A stretch of 64,000 nucleotides of DNA. Origin: Pseudomonadota bacterium. Its GTDB lineage: Bacteria > Pseudomonadota > Alphaproteobacteria > Sphingomonadales > CAKZYD01. The position numbers and the translations under genes were made by a program. The notes below the pieces were generated by a model. It worked only from the letters and a program-made list of their open reading frames with translations, was not told the DNA's origin and ran no database searches. This document shows, in pieces, positions 29,639 to 40,367 of this stretch (positions are counted from its first letter, which is position 1; each line of letters opens with the position of its first letter). The stretch covers positions 32,985 to 96,984 of the forward strand of contig JBCCAR010000004.1 in NCBI GenBank assembly GCA_039814715.1. The letters are read 5' to 3'.

Positions 29639-31816
29639 ATGAAATCACTCATTAAAGCAACGACTGCGTTTTGTTTAAGCTTATCTTTGACCAACACAGC
29701 CGCCGCAAAAGAGGGCATGTGGACGCCCCAGCAACTGCCCGATATCGCCCGCGATCTGCGTAAAACAGGGCTGAAACTAAAACCGGCTGCGCTGACAGAC
29801 CTAACAGCTTTTCCTATGGGCGCGGTGATTTCACTGGGCGGCTGCAGCGCCTCCTTCGTGTCTGAAACGGGGCTGATTGTGACCAATCATCACTGCGCGC
29901 GCGGCTCGGTTCAATACAATTCGACGGCTGAGAACAACTATCTGGAAAATGGGTTTTTCGCCCAGACCTTACAAGATGAAGTCCCCGCGGCGCCTGGGTC
30001 TCGCGTCTATGTCACAACACAGTTCTCGGATGTCTCAGACCAAATTCTCACGCCTGAAGTCTCCAGCTTGAATGGCTTAGAACGTTATGAAGCCATTGAA
30101 ACTGCGAAAAAATCAATCATCAAAGACTGCGAAAGCGATCCAGGCCATCGATGCCAAGTCAGCGCGTTCTACGGCGGCTCTTCCTACAAGCTGATCAAGC
30201 GTCTTGAAATTCAAGATGTCCGCCTGGTCTATGCGCCAGCTGATGCGATCGGCAAGTACGGCGGCGACATTGATAACTGGCAATGGCCGCGCCATACGGG
30301 CGATTTTGCCTTCTACCGCGCCTATGTGGCCCCAGGGGGAGCGCCAGCGCTGTTCGATACAGCAAATGTTCCCTTCAAGCCGAAGCATGTTCTAAAGGTG
30401 TCCGCCGGCGGGCTGGATGATGGCGATTTCGTGATGGCAGCTGGCTATCCTGGCCGAACCCAGCGGTATCGCCGCCTTGCCGAAATCAAACATGTCTTCA
30501 GCTGGTCCTACCCCACATGGATTGACTTGGCTGATCTTCGCATTGCCACAATTGAAAGCGCAGCTCCTGAGGGAAGTGACGCCCATGTCAAATATGCAAG
30601 CTTGCTCGCTGGGTTGAACAATTATTCCAAGAACCGCAAGGGCCAGATTGAAGGGGCTCGCCGCACCCGCTTAGCTGAAAGGCGTGCGGATCAAGAAGCA
30701 GCGTTTGACGCTTGGGCGAAGGCAGAAACTGCAAGAGCGCCATACCTTGAAGCGGTCAAACAGCTCGACACCTTGATCGACATGGACGTGGCTGCTGATA
30801 AGCAAGCCTTCTGGGATGGCTATGCGCAAAGTGGCCGGCTCCTCAGCGCGGCCAAGACGCTGTATCGGCTTGCAAAAGAACGCGGGAAACCGGACGGCGA
30901 ACGCGAGGCTGGCTTTCAAGAGCGTGACCTGGCCTTCATTAAACAGGGCCTTGAAGCCATAGAGCGCCGCTATGAAAACAGCGTCGACAAGGCTTTGTGG
31001 GCGGCGCTTTTGGAGCGCTATCTTGCACAGCCCGCCACCATCAGAAACGCGGCTTTTGATACCGCACTTGGCCTGACGCCCGGCGCCAACAAGGATGAGA
31101 TCGCGGCACTTTTAAGCCCGCTCTATGAAGATACCCAGCTCAATCAGCTTGACACTCGTCTTGGCTGGATGGAAGCCGATGCCTCCCAATTTGAAACCAG
31201 TGAGGATCCCTTTATCAAACTGGCTGTGGCGCTCTACCCTTCAAACATGGCAAAGGAACGCGCGAAAAAAGACCGCGCCGGGGCCTTGCAGCGAGAGCGC
31301 GCGCAATACATGGAAGCGTTAATTGCCTGGAAAAATGAAAGCGGAGAGGCTGTCTACCCAGACGCAAACTCGACCCTCAGAGTGACCTATGGAACCGTGC
31401 TCGGCGGCTCGCCGAAAGATGGCTTGATTTACGAGCCCTTTACCCGGCTCGAAGGGATACTAGCCAAAGATAGCGGCGCAGCGCCCTTTAACGCTCCGAA
31501 AAAGCAATTAGACCTCATCAGCGAGGCAGATTACGGGCCCTATGCGTTAAAGTCGATTGGGTCCGTGCCCGTGAATTTCCTCACGGACCTGGACTCCACT
31601 GGCGGCAACTCGGGCTCAGCAACCTTCAACCGTCATGGCCATTTGGTGGGACTGCTCTTTGATGGCACAATTGAAAGCGTGAACTCCGATTGGGATTTTG
31701 ACGCCCGCACAACACGCACCATCCATGTAGATACGCGCTATATGCTGTGGGTGATGGAGAAGGTGGATAAAGCAGAACGCCTGCTCAATGAGATGACCAT
31801 CGTGCGCAAACGCTGA
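29639..31816 (+). CDS. S46 family dipeptidyl peptidase (DPP7/DAP BII type)
   Basis: Signal peptide; EGMWTP, TNHHC, DNWQWPRHTGDF, PDANSTLR, TGGNSGS, FDG. Confidence 0.93.
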   Translation: MKSLIKATTAFCLSLSLTNTAAAKEGMWTPQQLPDIARDLRKTGLKLKPAALTDLTAFPMGAVISLGGCSASFVSETGLIVTNHHCARGSVQYNSTAENNYLENGFFAQTLQDEVPAAPGSRVYVTTQFSDVSDQILTPEVSSLNGLERYEAIETAKKSIIKDCESDPGHRCQVSAFYGGSSYKLIKRLEIQDVRLVYAPADAIGKYGGDIDNWQWPRHTGDFAFYRAYVAPGGAPALFDTANVPFKPKHVLKVSAGGLDDGDFVMAAGYPGRTQRYRRLAEIKHVFSWSYPTWIDLADLRIATIESAAPEGSDAHVKYASLLAGLNNYSKNRKGQIEGARRTRLAERRADQEAAFDAWAKAETARAPYLEAVKQLDTLIDMDVAADKQAFWDGYAQSGRLLSAAKTLYRLAKERGKPDGEREAGFQERDLAFIKQGLEAIERRYENSVDKALWAALLERYLAQPATIRNAAFDTALGLTPGANKDEIAALLSPLYEDTQLNQLDTRLGWMEADASQFETSEDPFIKLAVALYPSNMAKERAKKDRAGALQRERAQYMEALIAWKNESGEAVYPDANSTLRVTYGTVLGGSPKDGLIYEPFTRLEGILAKDSGAAPFNAPKKQLDLISEADYGPYALKSIGSVPVNFLTDLDSTGGNSGSATFNRHGHLVGLLFDGTIESVNSDWDFDARTTRTIHVDTRYMLWVMEKVDKAERLLNEMTIVRKR

Positions 31817-31874
31817 TCCAGCCTCAGCAAAAAGGCAGCTCTATCTTGACTCTTTTTTTATCTTCGCCACTATA

Positions 31875-31889
31875 GAACAAAATAAGAAC
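31875..31889 (+). promoter_or_regulatory. LexA (SOS) box, alphaproteobacterial type
   Basis: GAAC-AAAATAA-GAAC direct repeat downstream of a TTGACT -35 (31846-31851), ahead of imuA. Confidence 0.9.
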
Positions 31890-31933
31890 ATGTGAGTCGC
31901 TGAGCGAAGACCTTGGCGCATGGATGGTGGTTC

Positions 31934-32656
31934 ATGCAGCTTAAGCTGGTGGAAAATGGTGAGGATGCGCTTGCTTTGGTGCGCGCGCAGACCCTAGCGC
32001 ATAAAGCCGGGCACACGGCAGCTTTGCCTAAACTTAAAGCACCTCATGCCTTGAGCGAATGCCTGATCCATCAAGCCCGCGATGGCGCAGGCAGTAGCTT
32101 TGCCTGGGCCTCTACGCGCTGCAATGGACAAGAACGCCCGCTTATGCTCTGGGTGCAAGACGCGGTAACGGCTCTGGAAGCCGGGCGCCCCTATCTGCCG
32201 GGCCTTCAGCAGGAGCCAGACCTAGCAGCGCGCTTTGTTTTAATTCAGGCCAAAACGGCGGTAGATATGCTGTGGGCGATGGAGGAAGCGCTGTTATCTG
32301 GCGCGGTCTCGGCGGTAATTGGCGAGATTTGGGGGATACCCAAAGCGCTGAATTTCACCGCCACCAAGCGCCTGCAGCGGGCAGCGCAAATCGGCAAAAC
32401 ACCGTGTTTTTTGCTGCGCTATGGCCAGGAGCGCGCGGCCTCAGGCGCGCATGAACGCTGGCAGGTGCAAAGCGCGCCCAGCAAACCCCATGATGATGAC
32501 CCGGGCGCGCCAGGCGCGCCGACTTGGCGGCTTGATTTGTTTAAAGCGCGCACCCGTCAACCTTCGATCTGGACTGTGAATTATGAGCGAGAGGCACATC
32601 ATCTCCATTTGGCTGCCCCACTGGCCGATGGATCGGTTCTTAAAAACGCAGGATGA
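31934..32656 (+). CDS. imuA: ImuA/RecA-like mutagenesis protein
   Basis: LWAMEEAL.SGAV.AVIGE, TATKRL, P.W.L.LFKAR; position before imuB. Confidence 0.85.
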   Translation: MQLKLVENGEDALALVRAQTLAHKAGHTAALPKLKAPHALSECLIHQARDGAGSSFAWASTRCNGQERPLMLWVQDAVTALEAGRPYLPGLQQEPDLAARFVLIQAKTAVDMLWAMEEALLSGAVSAVIGEIWGIPKALNFTATKRLQRAAQIGKTPCFLLRYGQERAASGAHERWQVQSAPSKPHDDDPGAPGAPTWRLDLFKARTRQPSIWTVNYEREAHHLHLAAPLADGSVLKNAG

Positions 32657-34139
32657 CAACATAGATACGCCGGCAGCCTTAACTTTGGAGGGCCAACATG
32701 GCCCAGTGATTTATGATTTAACGCCTGCTGCTTTGGCGGAAGGCCTGCGCCGCAATCAGCGTGTGGTGGACGCAAAAACGCTGGTACCGCAGCTGCTGAC
32801 CTATAACGCTGACCCGGGCGGCGATAGCGTAGCCTTACGGCGTCTGGCTGCCTGGTGCCGACGCTGGTCGCCTTGGGTGAGCGTGGATGGCGCGGACGGT
32901 TTGCTGATCGATGCAAGCGGCTGCGCACATTTGTTCGGCGGAGAAGCGGCCATGCTCGGGCAGATTGAAGCGCGCCTTAAACGCCTAAAGCTCAAAGTAC
33001 GCACGTCGCTGGCACCAACACGCGGCGCAGCCTGGGCGCTGGCGCGCTATGGGCCTGCACGGTCAATCGTCTCTAATGAAGAGTTGGCCCCTGCCCTCTC
33101 TGTGCTGCCTGTCGCAGCGCTGCGCATCACGCCCGCAGCAGAACTTGTGCTGCGCCGGGTAGGCTTAAAGACCGTTGGTCAATTGATGGATGTACCGCGC
33201 GCAGCGCTCACCAAACGCTTTGGCAAAGGCAATTTAAAAACGATGTCCAAAAGCGAAGGCGTGCATCCCCTGCTGCGCTTGGACCAGGCTCTAGGGGTGC
33301 GCGAGGACCCTCTATCGCCTGCGCCGCATCGCCCGCGTTTGCGCGTGGTCCAGCCCTTGCTAGAGCCCATCGCCCATGTGGAAGCAGTGGAAATGGTCTT
33401 GGAGGGGCTTTGCGCCCGGCTGTGCCGATTATTGGAAGAGGCAGGACAAGGCACCCGCGCGGTCAAGCTGGAAGGCTACCGCGTGGATGGTGGCCGCGCG
33501 GCGCTGCATGTGGCTGTCTCAAGGGCCACACGAACAGCCTTTCACATCCGCCGCTTATTTAAAGACAAACTAGAAACGCTGGATGCAGGCTTTGGCTTTG
33601 ATACCATTGCCTTAGAGGCCGTGCGCACGCAGCCGCTGTATGCTGTGGCGTCCGATTTATCAGGCGTAGCAGCGCTGGATGGAGATGGCGCACAATTGCT
33701 GGACCGGTTGTCCGCACGGCTTGGCGCAGCCAGCGTGCTGCGCCCTATCCTGCGTGAAAGTCATATACCAGAACGCGCTGTCAGCTGGGTCCGCGCGCTT
33801 GATTATCAACCCCCGCGCCGCATGCCTGCCCCCAAGCGCGCCCTGCGCCCGCACCGTCTGTTTGATCCGCCAGAGGAAATTCAAGTCACCTATGGTGTGC
33901 CAGAAGACCCACCAAAGGCCTTTGTCTGGCGCCGCCGCCCGCACCGGGTTGCGAAAGTGGAAGGGCCAGAACGCTTAGCGCCGGAATGGTGGCGCGCTGG
34001 CAGAGCCTCTCGCCTGCGCGATTATTACCGCATCGAAGATGACACCGGCCGCCGCTACTGGCTCTTCCGCTACGGCGTATATGGCGATGGCCGCAGTGAA
34101 GAGGCGCCGCGCTGGTACATGCATGGGATGTTTGGGTGA
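32583..34139 (+). CDS. imuB: Inactive Y-family polymerase ImuB
   Basis: RWSPWVSVDG.DGL.ID.SGCAHLFGGE, HIPERA, GPERLAPEWW, RDYYRIED. Confidence 0.93.
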   Translation: MSERHIISIWLPHWPMDRFLKTQDDNIDTPAALTLEGQHGPVIYDLTPAALAEGLRRNQRVVDAKTLVPQLLTYNADPGGDSVALRRLAAWCRRWSPWVSVDGADGLLIDASGCAHLFGGEAAMLGQIEARLKRLKLKVRTSLAPTRGAAWALARYGPARSIVSNEELAPALSVLPVAALRITPAAELVLRRVGLKTVGQLMDVPRAALTKRFGKGNLKTMSKSEGVHPLLRLDQALGVREDPLSPAPHRPRLRVVQPLLEPIAHVEAVEMVLEGLCARLCRLLEEAGQGTRAVKLEGYRVDGGRAALHVAVSRATRTAFHIRRLFKDKLETLDAGFGFDTIALEAVRTQPLYAVASDLSGVAALDGDGAQLLDRLSARLGAASVLRPILRESHIPERAVSWVRALDYQPPRRMPAPKRALRPHRLFDPPEEIQVTYGVPEDPPKAFVWRRRPHRVAKVEGPERLAPEWWRAGRASRLRDYYRIEDDTGRRYWLFRYGVYGDGRSEEAPRWYMHGMFG

Positions 34140-37100
34140 CGGGCTTCATCGAACTTGGCATCACCAGTTGTTTCTCTTTCCTGCGCGGCGCCTCCCATGG
34201 ACAAGAGCTGGTGCGCAAAGCTAAAGCGCTTGGCTATGACGCGCTGGGCATTGCAGACCATAACACCCTTTCTGGCGTGGTGCGCGTGCATGGACCAGCA
34301 AAGAAAAACGAGATGCGCCCTATTATCGGCTGCCGTCTCAACCTAATAGACGCACCCTCTTTGCTCGCCTATCCAATGGACCGCGCTGGCTATGGGCGGC
34401 TGTGCGAGCTGCTCTCTCTTGGCAAGATGCGCGCTGAAAAAGGGCAATGTGAGATCGCCCTGGCCGATGTGGCAGACCATCAAGACGGACTGATCCTCAT
34501 CGCCTTACCGAATGCAGATATAGAAAAACATTTGCCGCGCATGACAGCCGCCCTGCCTGGCTTGACCCACCTTGCCGCCAGTTATCTGTACCGCGGAGAT
34601 GATACAGCGCGCATCCACCGGCTAGACCGTTTGGCACAGGCACATGGGCTGACCCTGCTGGCGACCAATGATGTGCTCTACCACACTCCATCCAGGCGCC
34701 CTCTGCAAGATGTCATGACCTGCATCCGCGAGAAGACAAGCTTGACCAAGGCGGGGTATCTCCTGGAAGCCAATGGCGAGCGGCACTTGAAATCTCCCGC
34801 TGAGATGGCGCGTTTGTTTAGGCTATGGCCGCATGCTCTGCACGCCAGTGTGGAGATTGCAAAGGCGTGCCGTTTTTCACTCGATGAGCTGCGCTATGAA
34901 TATCCTGAGGAGGTCGTACCAGAGGGCCAAACGCCCATAGACTATCTGCGCGCGCTCACCTTTGAAGGCGCTCAGAGCCGCTATCCAGGAGGCATCCCCG
35001 ACAAAGTGATGACAGCGCTTGAAAAAGAACTGGGCATTATCGAGCGGCTTAAAATCCCCCAATACTTTCTCACCGTTCATGACATTGTGAAATATGCGCG
35101 CGATTTACCACAACCAATCTTATGCCAAGGGCGCGGCTCGGCAGCCAATTCTGCGGTCTGCTTTTGCTTAGGCATCACTGCTGTTGATCCAGCAAACAGC
35201 TCGCTGCTATTTGAACGCTTTATCTCTGAAAGCCGCAAAGAGCCGCCGGATATCGATGTGGATTTTGAGCATGAGCGGCGCGAGGAGGTTATCCAGCATA
35301 TTTATGACCGCTATGGCCGCGCCCGCGCCGGGCTCGCGGCCACAGTCATCCATTACCGCCCGCGCATGGCCATTCGTGAGGTGGGCAAGGTCATGGGTCT
35401 ATCGGAAGATGTAACCGCAGAACTGGCAAAGACCAACTGGGGCAGCTGGGGCAGCAGCCTGCATTTAGAGCAAGCCAAAGACGCAGGCCTGGATGTGAAC
35501 GACCCGCATTTGCGCCGCGCTATGCGCCTTGCCGATGAGCTCATCGGGATGCCACGCCATCTTGGCCAACATGTGGGCGGCTTTGTCCTGACCCAAGACC
35601 GGCTCACCTCCACCGTCCCCATTGGTAACGCCGCCATGGAAGACCGGACCTTCATTGAATGGGATAAGGACGACATCGACACGCTTGGCATTTTAAAGGT
35701 CGATGTGCTGGCCCTGGGCATGCTCACGTGCATCGCCAAAGCCTTTGGCATTCTCAAAAATATCTATGGGGTCGATCATGATCTAGCGACCCTGCCAAAA
35801 GAAGACCCAGCCACCTATGACATGCTGTGCAAAGCCGATAGCCTAGGCGTTTTCCAAGTGGAAAGCCGGGCGCAAATGAGCATGCTGCCGCGCCTTAAAC
35901 CGCGGTGTTTTTATGACTTAGTCATCCAAGTGGCCATCGTTCGCCCTGGGCCAATTCAAGGCGATATGGTCCATCCCTATTTACGCCGACGCGATGGCAT
36001 TGAAGAGGTCAGCTATCCTAGGCCTAAAACAGGCAAACCAAATGAGTTGGAAGTTATTTTAGGCCGCACCCTAGGGGTTCCCATCTTCCAAGAACAAGCC
36101 ATGCAAATCGCCATTGATGCAGCAAAGTTTACAGGCGATGAAGCCAATCAATTGCGCAAAGCCATGGCCACATTCCGCGCGCCGGGCACCATTCATACCC
36201 TGGAAGACAAAATGGTCAGCCGAATGATCGCCCGCGGCTATGACGCAGATTTTGCTCAGCGCTGTTTTGACCAGATCAAAGGCTTTGGCGAATATGGGTT
36301 TCCAGAAAGCCATGCCGCTAGCTTCGCCCATCTGGTCTATGTCTCCTCTTGGATTAAGTGCCACTATCCCGATGTCTTCGCCGCCGCGCTTTTAAATTCA
36401 CAGCCAATGGGCTTCTACGCCCCAGCCCAAATCGTCCGCGATGCGCGCGAGCATGGCGTGGAGGTGCGCGAGGTGGATGTAAACATCTCCGATTGGGACA
36501 ATTTCTTAGAGCCAAGCGGCACTCAAAACCAGCATGCTCTGCGCCTCGGCCTGCGCCAAATCGATGGCATCTCTGAAGACAGCGCGCAGGCCATTTTAGG
36601 CGCGCGCGATATGCCGTTTGAAGACATGCTGAGCTTTCAAGAGCGCACAAGGCTTGGCACGCACATCATTGAAAAGCTTGCCGCAGCCGATGCCTTCCGC
36701 TCTATGGGGATCGACCGCCGCAAAGCGCTTTGGCAAGTGCGCGCGCTTAAAGACGCGCCAGAATTGCCGCTTTTCATCTTCGCGCAGGAGCGACCGGAAG
36801 GCGAAGATGTAGAAACGCAGCTGCCGGATATGCCATTGTCAGAGCATGTGGTGGCTGATTATCAAACGCTGCGGCTATCGCTGAAAGCCCATCCTGTCTC
36901 CTTCTTGCGCTCCACTTACGCGCAGGACGGCGTGCGGTCCGCCAAGGAGATTTTAGCGATGCCTAATAACAGCCGTACTGCGATGGCCGGTGTCGTTCTA
37001 GTGCGCCAGCGCCCGGGCACGGCGAAAGGCGTGATGTTCATCACAGCAGAAGATGAAACCGGCGTCACCAACATCATCGTGTGGCCAAAAATGCTGGAGA

Positions 37101-37372
37101 AATACCGAAAGGTCGTGATGACAGCACGCTTGTTAATGGTGCGCGGGCAAGTGCAAACTTCTAGCGGTGTCACTCATTTGATCGCCCATAAGTTAATAGA
37201 CTGCAGCACTGATTTAGAGCGGTTGGCTGACAGTGAGCTTGCCCTGCAGCCACTGCGACCTGACGAAGTCATAAGACCGACCCCCGATCGTTTCAAATCA
37301 AGCGCAGCCTCATCTGGCCGCACGCACCCACGCAATATCCGGGTGATCCCAAAAAGCAGAGATTTTCATTGA
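34136..37372 (+). CDS. dnaE2: Error-prone DNA polymerase DnaE2 (ImuC)
   Basis: SFLRGASH PHP start, QGRGSAANS, PPDIDVDFEH, YGFPESHA, C-terminal SRDFH. Confidence 0.97.
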   Translation: MTGFIELGITSCFSFLRGASHGQELVRKAKALGYDALGIADHNTLSGVVRVHGPAKKNEMRPIIGCRLNLIDAPSLLAYPMDRAGYGRLCELLSLGKMRAEKGQCEIALADVADHQDGLILIALPNADIEKHLPRMTAALPGLTHLAASYLYRGDDTARIHRLDRLAQAHGLTLLATNDVLYHTPSRRPLQDVMTCIREKTSLTKAGYLLEANGERHLKSPAEMARLFRLWPHALHASVEIAKACRFSLDELRYEYPEEVVPEGQTPIDYLRALTFEGAQSRYPGGIPDKVMTALEKELGIIERLKIPQYFLTVHDIVKYARDLPQPILCQGRGSAANSAVCFCLGITAVDPANSSLLFERFISESRKEPPDIDVDFEHERREEVIQHIYDRYGRARAGLAATVIHYRPRMAIREVGKVMGLSEDVTAELAKTNWGSWGSSLHLEQAKDAGLDVNDPHLRRAMRLADELIGMPRHLGQHVGGFVLTQDRLTSTVPIGNAAMEDRTFIEWDKDDIDTLGILKVDVLALGMLTCIAKAFGILKNIYGVDHDLATLPKEDPATYDMLCKADSLGVFQVESRAQMSMLPRLKPRCFYDLVIQVAIVRPGPIQGDMVHPYLRRRDGIEEVSYPRPKTGKPNELEVILGRTLGVPIFQEQAMQIAIDAAKFTGDEANQLRKAMATFRAPGTIHTLEDKMVSRMIARGYDADFAQRCFDQIKGFGEYGFPESHAASFAHLVYVSSWIKCHYPDVFAAALLNSQPMGFYAPAQIVRDAREHGVEVREVDVNISDWDNFLEPSGTQNQHALRLGLRQIDGISEDSAQAILGARDMPFEDMLSFQERTRLGTHIIEKLAAADAFRSMGIDRRKALWQVRALKDAPELPLFIFAQERPEGEDVETQLPDMPLSEHVVADYQTLRLSLKAHPVSFLRSTYAQDGVRSAKEILAMPNNSRTAMAGVVLVRQRPGTAKGVMFITAEDETGVTNIIVWPKMLEKYRKVVMTARLLMVRGQVQTSSGVTHLIAHKLIDCSTDLERLADSELALQPLRPDEVIRPTPDRFKSSAASSGRTHPRNIRVIPKSRDFH

Positions 37373-37450
37373 AGACATGTACATGCCATGCGGTACAACA
37401 CCATTCATAAGTATACGGCATAGTTTTCCCATGGTCTTAAAAGACCAAGA

Positions 37451-38092
37451 ATGTCGAAAAGGATCGCAATGCAAGAGATCGAGAACATTATGCGCTCCGC
37501 GCCCGTCATCCCCGTTTTGGTGGTGGGCGACGTAAAATCGGCGCAGCCGATCGCCGAGGCCCTCGTCAAAGGGGGCCTTTGCAATCTCGAGGTTACCTTA
37601 CGAACACCATGCGCGCTTGAAGTGATTGAGGAGATGTCGCGCGTTGAAGGCGCTGTTGTGGGTGCAGGCACAGTGACCAATGCGCAGCAATTGGAGGCCG
37701 CCGCAAACGCTGGCGCGGAATTTATTGTTGCGCCCGGACTAACAGAGCCCTTAGCGGCGGCGGCGCAATCCATGAAGATACCGTTCCTGCCTGGTGTATC
37801 GAGCGCGGGAGATATCATGCGCGGGATGGACCTAGGGCTGAAGCACTTTAAATTTTTCCCTGCCGCGGCCTCTGGCGGTTTGCCAGCCTTGAAAGCCCTT
37901 AGCGGCCCATTCTTTGATTGCCTATTCTGCCCGACAGGCGGCATCAGGTTGGACACAGCGCCAGACTGGCTCGCAGAGCCAGCAGTGCTGTGTGTCGGTG
38001 GAAGCTGGATCGTGCCAAAAGGGCCACTCCAGACGGAAAAAATCTATCAAAACGCACACGCTGCTGCGGCTTTGAGTTCATCTTCATTTTAA
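37451..38092 (+). CDS. eda: KDPG/KHG aldolase
   Basis: LEVTLRT, VGAGTV, KFFPA, FCPTGGI, VGGSW. Confidence 0.95.
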   Translation: MSKRIAMQEIENIMRSAPVIPVLVVGDVKSAQPIAEALVKGGLCNLEVTLRTPCALEVIEEMSRVEGAVVGAGTVTNAQQLEAAANAGAEFIVAPGLTEPLAAAAQSMKIPFLPGVSSAGDIMRGMDLGLKHFKFFPAAASGGLPALKALSGPFFDCLFCPTGGIRLDTAPDWLAEPAVLCVGGSWIVPKGPLQTEKIYQNAHAAAALSSSSF

Positions 38093-38143
38093 CTGCTTTT
38101 GCTGGTCGCTATAATGAAACGATAAAGAGCCAAAAGGGTGGCT

Positions 38144-39655
38144 ATGGACGCACCGCATATCTCATCGCTGGAAGACAGTACGAAAGCGCAGCTGCTTCCG
38201 GTTGGGTCTTTTGATTTGGTTGTGTTTGGCGCGGCTGGTGATTTGGCGCAGCGCAAGCTCATTCCATCATTGTTTCACCGTTGGCGTGACGGTCAAATCC
38301 CTGAAGCATCACAGATTATTGGCGTATCGCGAACGGCGATGGACGATGATGGCTTTCGCGCGCAGTGCTATGAGAGCTTTTGCACTTTCTATCCCGGTGA
38401 TTGCGTATCGCAGGAAGAATGGTCTCGTTTTGCCGTCCATGTTAGCTATGCCGCCATTGATGCCGCTAGCGATGGGGCCAATTGGTCTGGTCTCACAGCC
38501 AAACTCGCTGAGCGTGATGATGTCCAGCGTATTTTTTACCTTGCCCTGCCGCCGTCAATTTATGGGGCCGTATCTGAGAACATTGCAGATGCTGGGCTGA
38601 AGAGCGATGGCGCCCGGATTGTGCTGGAAAAACCGATTGGCAAGGATTTAAAGAGCGCAAAAGCCATCAATGATGCGGTAGGCGCTGTTTTTGAAGAAGA
38701 GACAATCTTTCGGATTGATCACTATCTGGGCAAAGAAACTGTCCAAAACCTGATCGTATTGCGCTTTATGAACTCGCTATTCGAACCAGTTTGGAATGCC
38801 AATGCCATCGACCATGTGCAAATCACCGTGGCTGAGGCCATCGGCGCGGGCGGGCGCGCAGCTTATTATGACACTGCTGGCGCATTGCGCGATATGGTCC
38901 AAAACCATTTGCTGCAGCTTTTATGCCTGGTTGCGATGGAGCCGCCCCTCGATCTGGAAGCAGATACGGTCCGTGACGAGAAAATTAAAGTTCTCAAAGC
39001 GCTGCGCCCCCTAACCACGCAGACAATTCGCGCAGCAAGTGTGCGCGGGCGATATACCAAAGGCGCAATCGACGGAGACGCTGTGCCTGGCTATGCAGAA
39101 GAACTCGGGCACGAAAGCCACATTGAAACCTTCGTTTCCTTAAAAGCCACCCTTGATAACTGGCGCTGGCGCGGCACTCCTTTTTACCTGCGCACTGGAA
39201 AGCGTATGGAAGCGCGGCGTTCAGAAATTGTTATCCAGTTTAAAGATATCGCTCACAATGTGGCGAGCCTGCCTGCTTCTGGTTTAGAGCCCACACGGCT
39301 GGTCATACGCTTGCAGCCGGATGAAGGCATGCGGCTAATCCTGGTCACGAAAGACCCTGGACCTGGTGGATTGCGATTGCGTTATTTACCGCTGAACCTC
39401 AGTTATGCAGATGCCTTTGAAGCGCGTTACCCCGACGCATATGAGCGTCTATTGATGGCCATTATACGCGGCGACCTTGGCCTCTTCATGCGCCGCGACG
39501 AAGTTGAAGAAGCTTGGCGCTGGGTGGATGGTATATTAGCCGCCTGGAAGAGCGACGAAACCCCGGTTCATAAATACCCAGCTGGTACAGATGGCCCCGC
39601 ACAATCAGCCGTCCTGCTGGACCGCGATGGGAAGGCGTGGTTCGATGGCGCCTGA
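38144..39655 (+). CDS. zwf: Glucose-6-phosphate dehydrogenase
   Basis: GAAGDLA.RKL, RIDHYLGKETVQN, RDMVQNHLLQ, YLRTGK. Confidence 0.97.
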   Translation: MDAPHISSLEDSTKAQLLPVGSFDLVVFGAAGDLAQRKLIPSLFHRWRDGQIPEASQIIGVSRTAMDDDGFRAQCYESFCTFYPGDCVSQEEWSRFAVHVSYAAIDAASDGANWSGLTAKLAERDDVQRIFYLALPPSIYGAVSENIADAGLKSDGARIVLEKPIGKDLKSAKAINDAVGAVFEEETIFRIDHYLGKETVQNLIVLRFMNSLFEPVWNANAIDHVQITVAEAIGAGGRAAYYDTAGALRDMVQNHLLQLLCLVAMEPPLDLEADTVRDEKIKVLKALRPLTTQTIRAASVRGRYTKGAIDGDAVPGYAEELGHESHIETFVSLKATLDNWRWRGTPFYLRTGKRMEARRSEIVIQFKDIAHNVASLPASGLEPTRLVIRLQPDEGMRLILVTKDPGPGGLRLRYLPLNLSYADAFEARYPDAYERLLMAIIRGDLGLFMRRDEVEEAWRWVDGILAAWKSDETPVHKYPAGTDGPAQSAVLLDRDGKAWFDGA

Positions 39656-40349
39656 CCTGATCACCTTTGCATCACAAGCGCAAATGGCTGTGAAAGTTGC
39701 CGACCTCATCGAAGCGCAGCTGCGCGCAGTGCTGCTGGAGAAGGGAAAGGCCGTGTTTGCCGTATCTGGTGGGTCGACGCCGCGGGCGCTGCATGGCGCT
39801 CTGGCGCAGCGCGATTTACGCTGGCAGGATGTAACCACCGTTTTGGTAGACGAACGCTGGGTCCCCGCTGATCAACCTGGCTCTAATGAAGCCTTTGTGC
39901 TGGAGACGCTGCGCCGAGATAAGGCTGCTCATGTGCCGGTGGTTGGTCTGTACAAACCGGCGCCGGCGCCCCAGGCGGCGGTAGAAGCAGTCGCGGCCGA
40001 TGTTGCTAAAGCCGCTGCAAGCATTGATATACTACACCTCGGCATGGGGCCAGACGGGCATACAGCCAGCTGGTTTCCTGGCGCGGATGGATTGCAAGAA
40101 GCCCTCACCACAGCAGATCAGGTGGCGGCAATCGCTGCCAAAAAAAGCGCCGTCACCGGCGCTTTAACCGAGCGTATGACGCTCACCCTGGCAGCTGTTA
40201 AAGCAGCGAGACACATTGTTCTGATGCTCACAGGCTTGGAAAAGCGACGCGTGCTGGAAACAGCCTTGGAGAATGGCCCCATTGACGCCCTACCCGTACG
40301 CGCAATCTTGCGCGCGCGGCCTGACATGTGGGTCTGCTGGGCCCCATAA
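39645..40349 (+). CDS. pgl: 6-phosphogluconolactonase
   Basis: VSGGSTP, DERWV, LGMGPDGHTAS, RMTLT. Confidence 0.95.
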   Translation: MAPDLITFASQAQMAVKVADLIEAQLRAVLLEKGKAVFAVSGGSTPRALHGALAQRDLRWQDVTTVLVDERWVPADQPGSNEAFVLETLRRDKAAHVPVVGLYKPAPAPQAAVEAVAADVAKAAASIDILHLGMGPDGHTASWFPGADGLQEALTTADQVAAIAAKKSAVTGALTERMTLTLAAVKAARHIVLMLTGLEKRRVLETALENGPIDALPVRAILRARPDMWVCWAP

Positions 40350-40367
40350 ATGGAGATTTGATATCCC

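Noticed and set aside
31875-37372. imuA-imuB-dnaE2 as a novel system, or an intein in dnaE2
   Set aside because: Well-known LexA-regulated mutasome; DnaE2 has ordinary length and motifs
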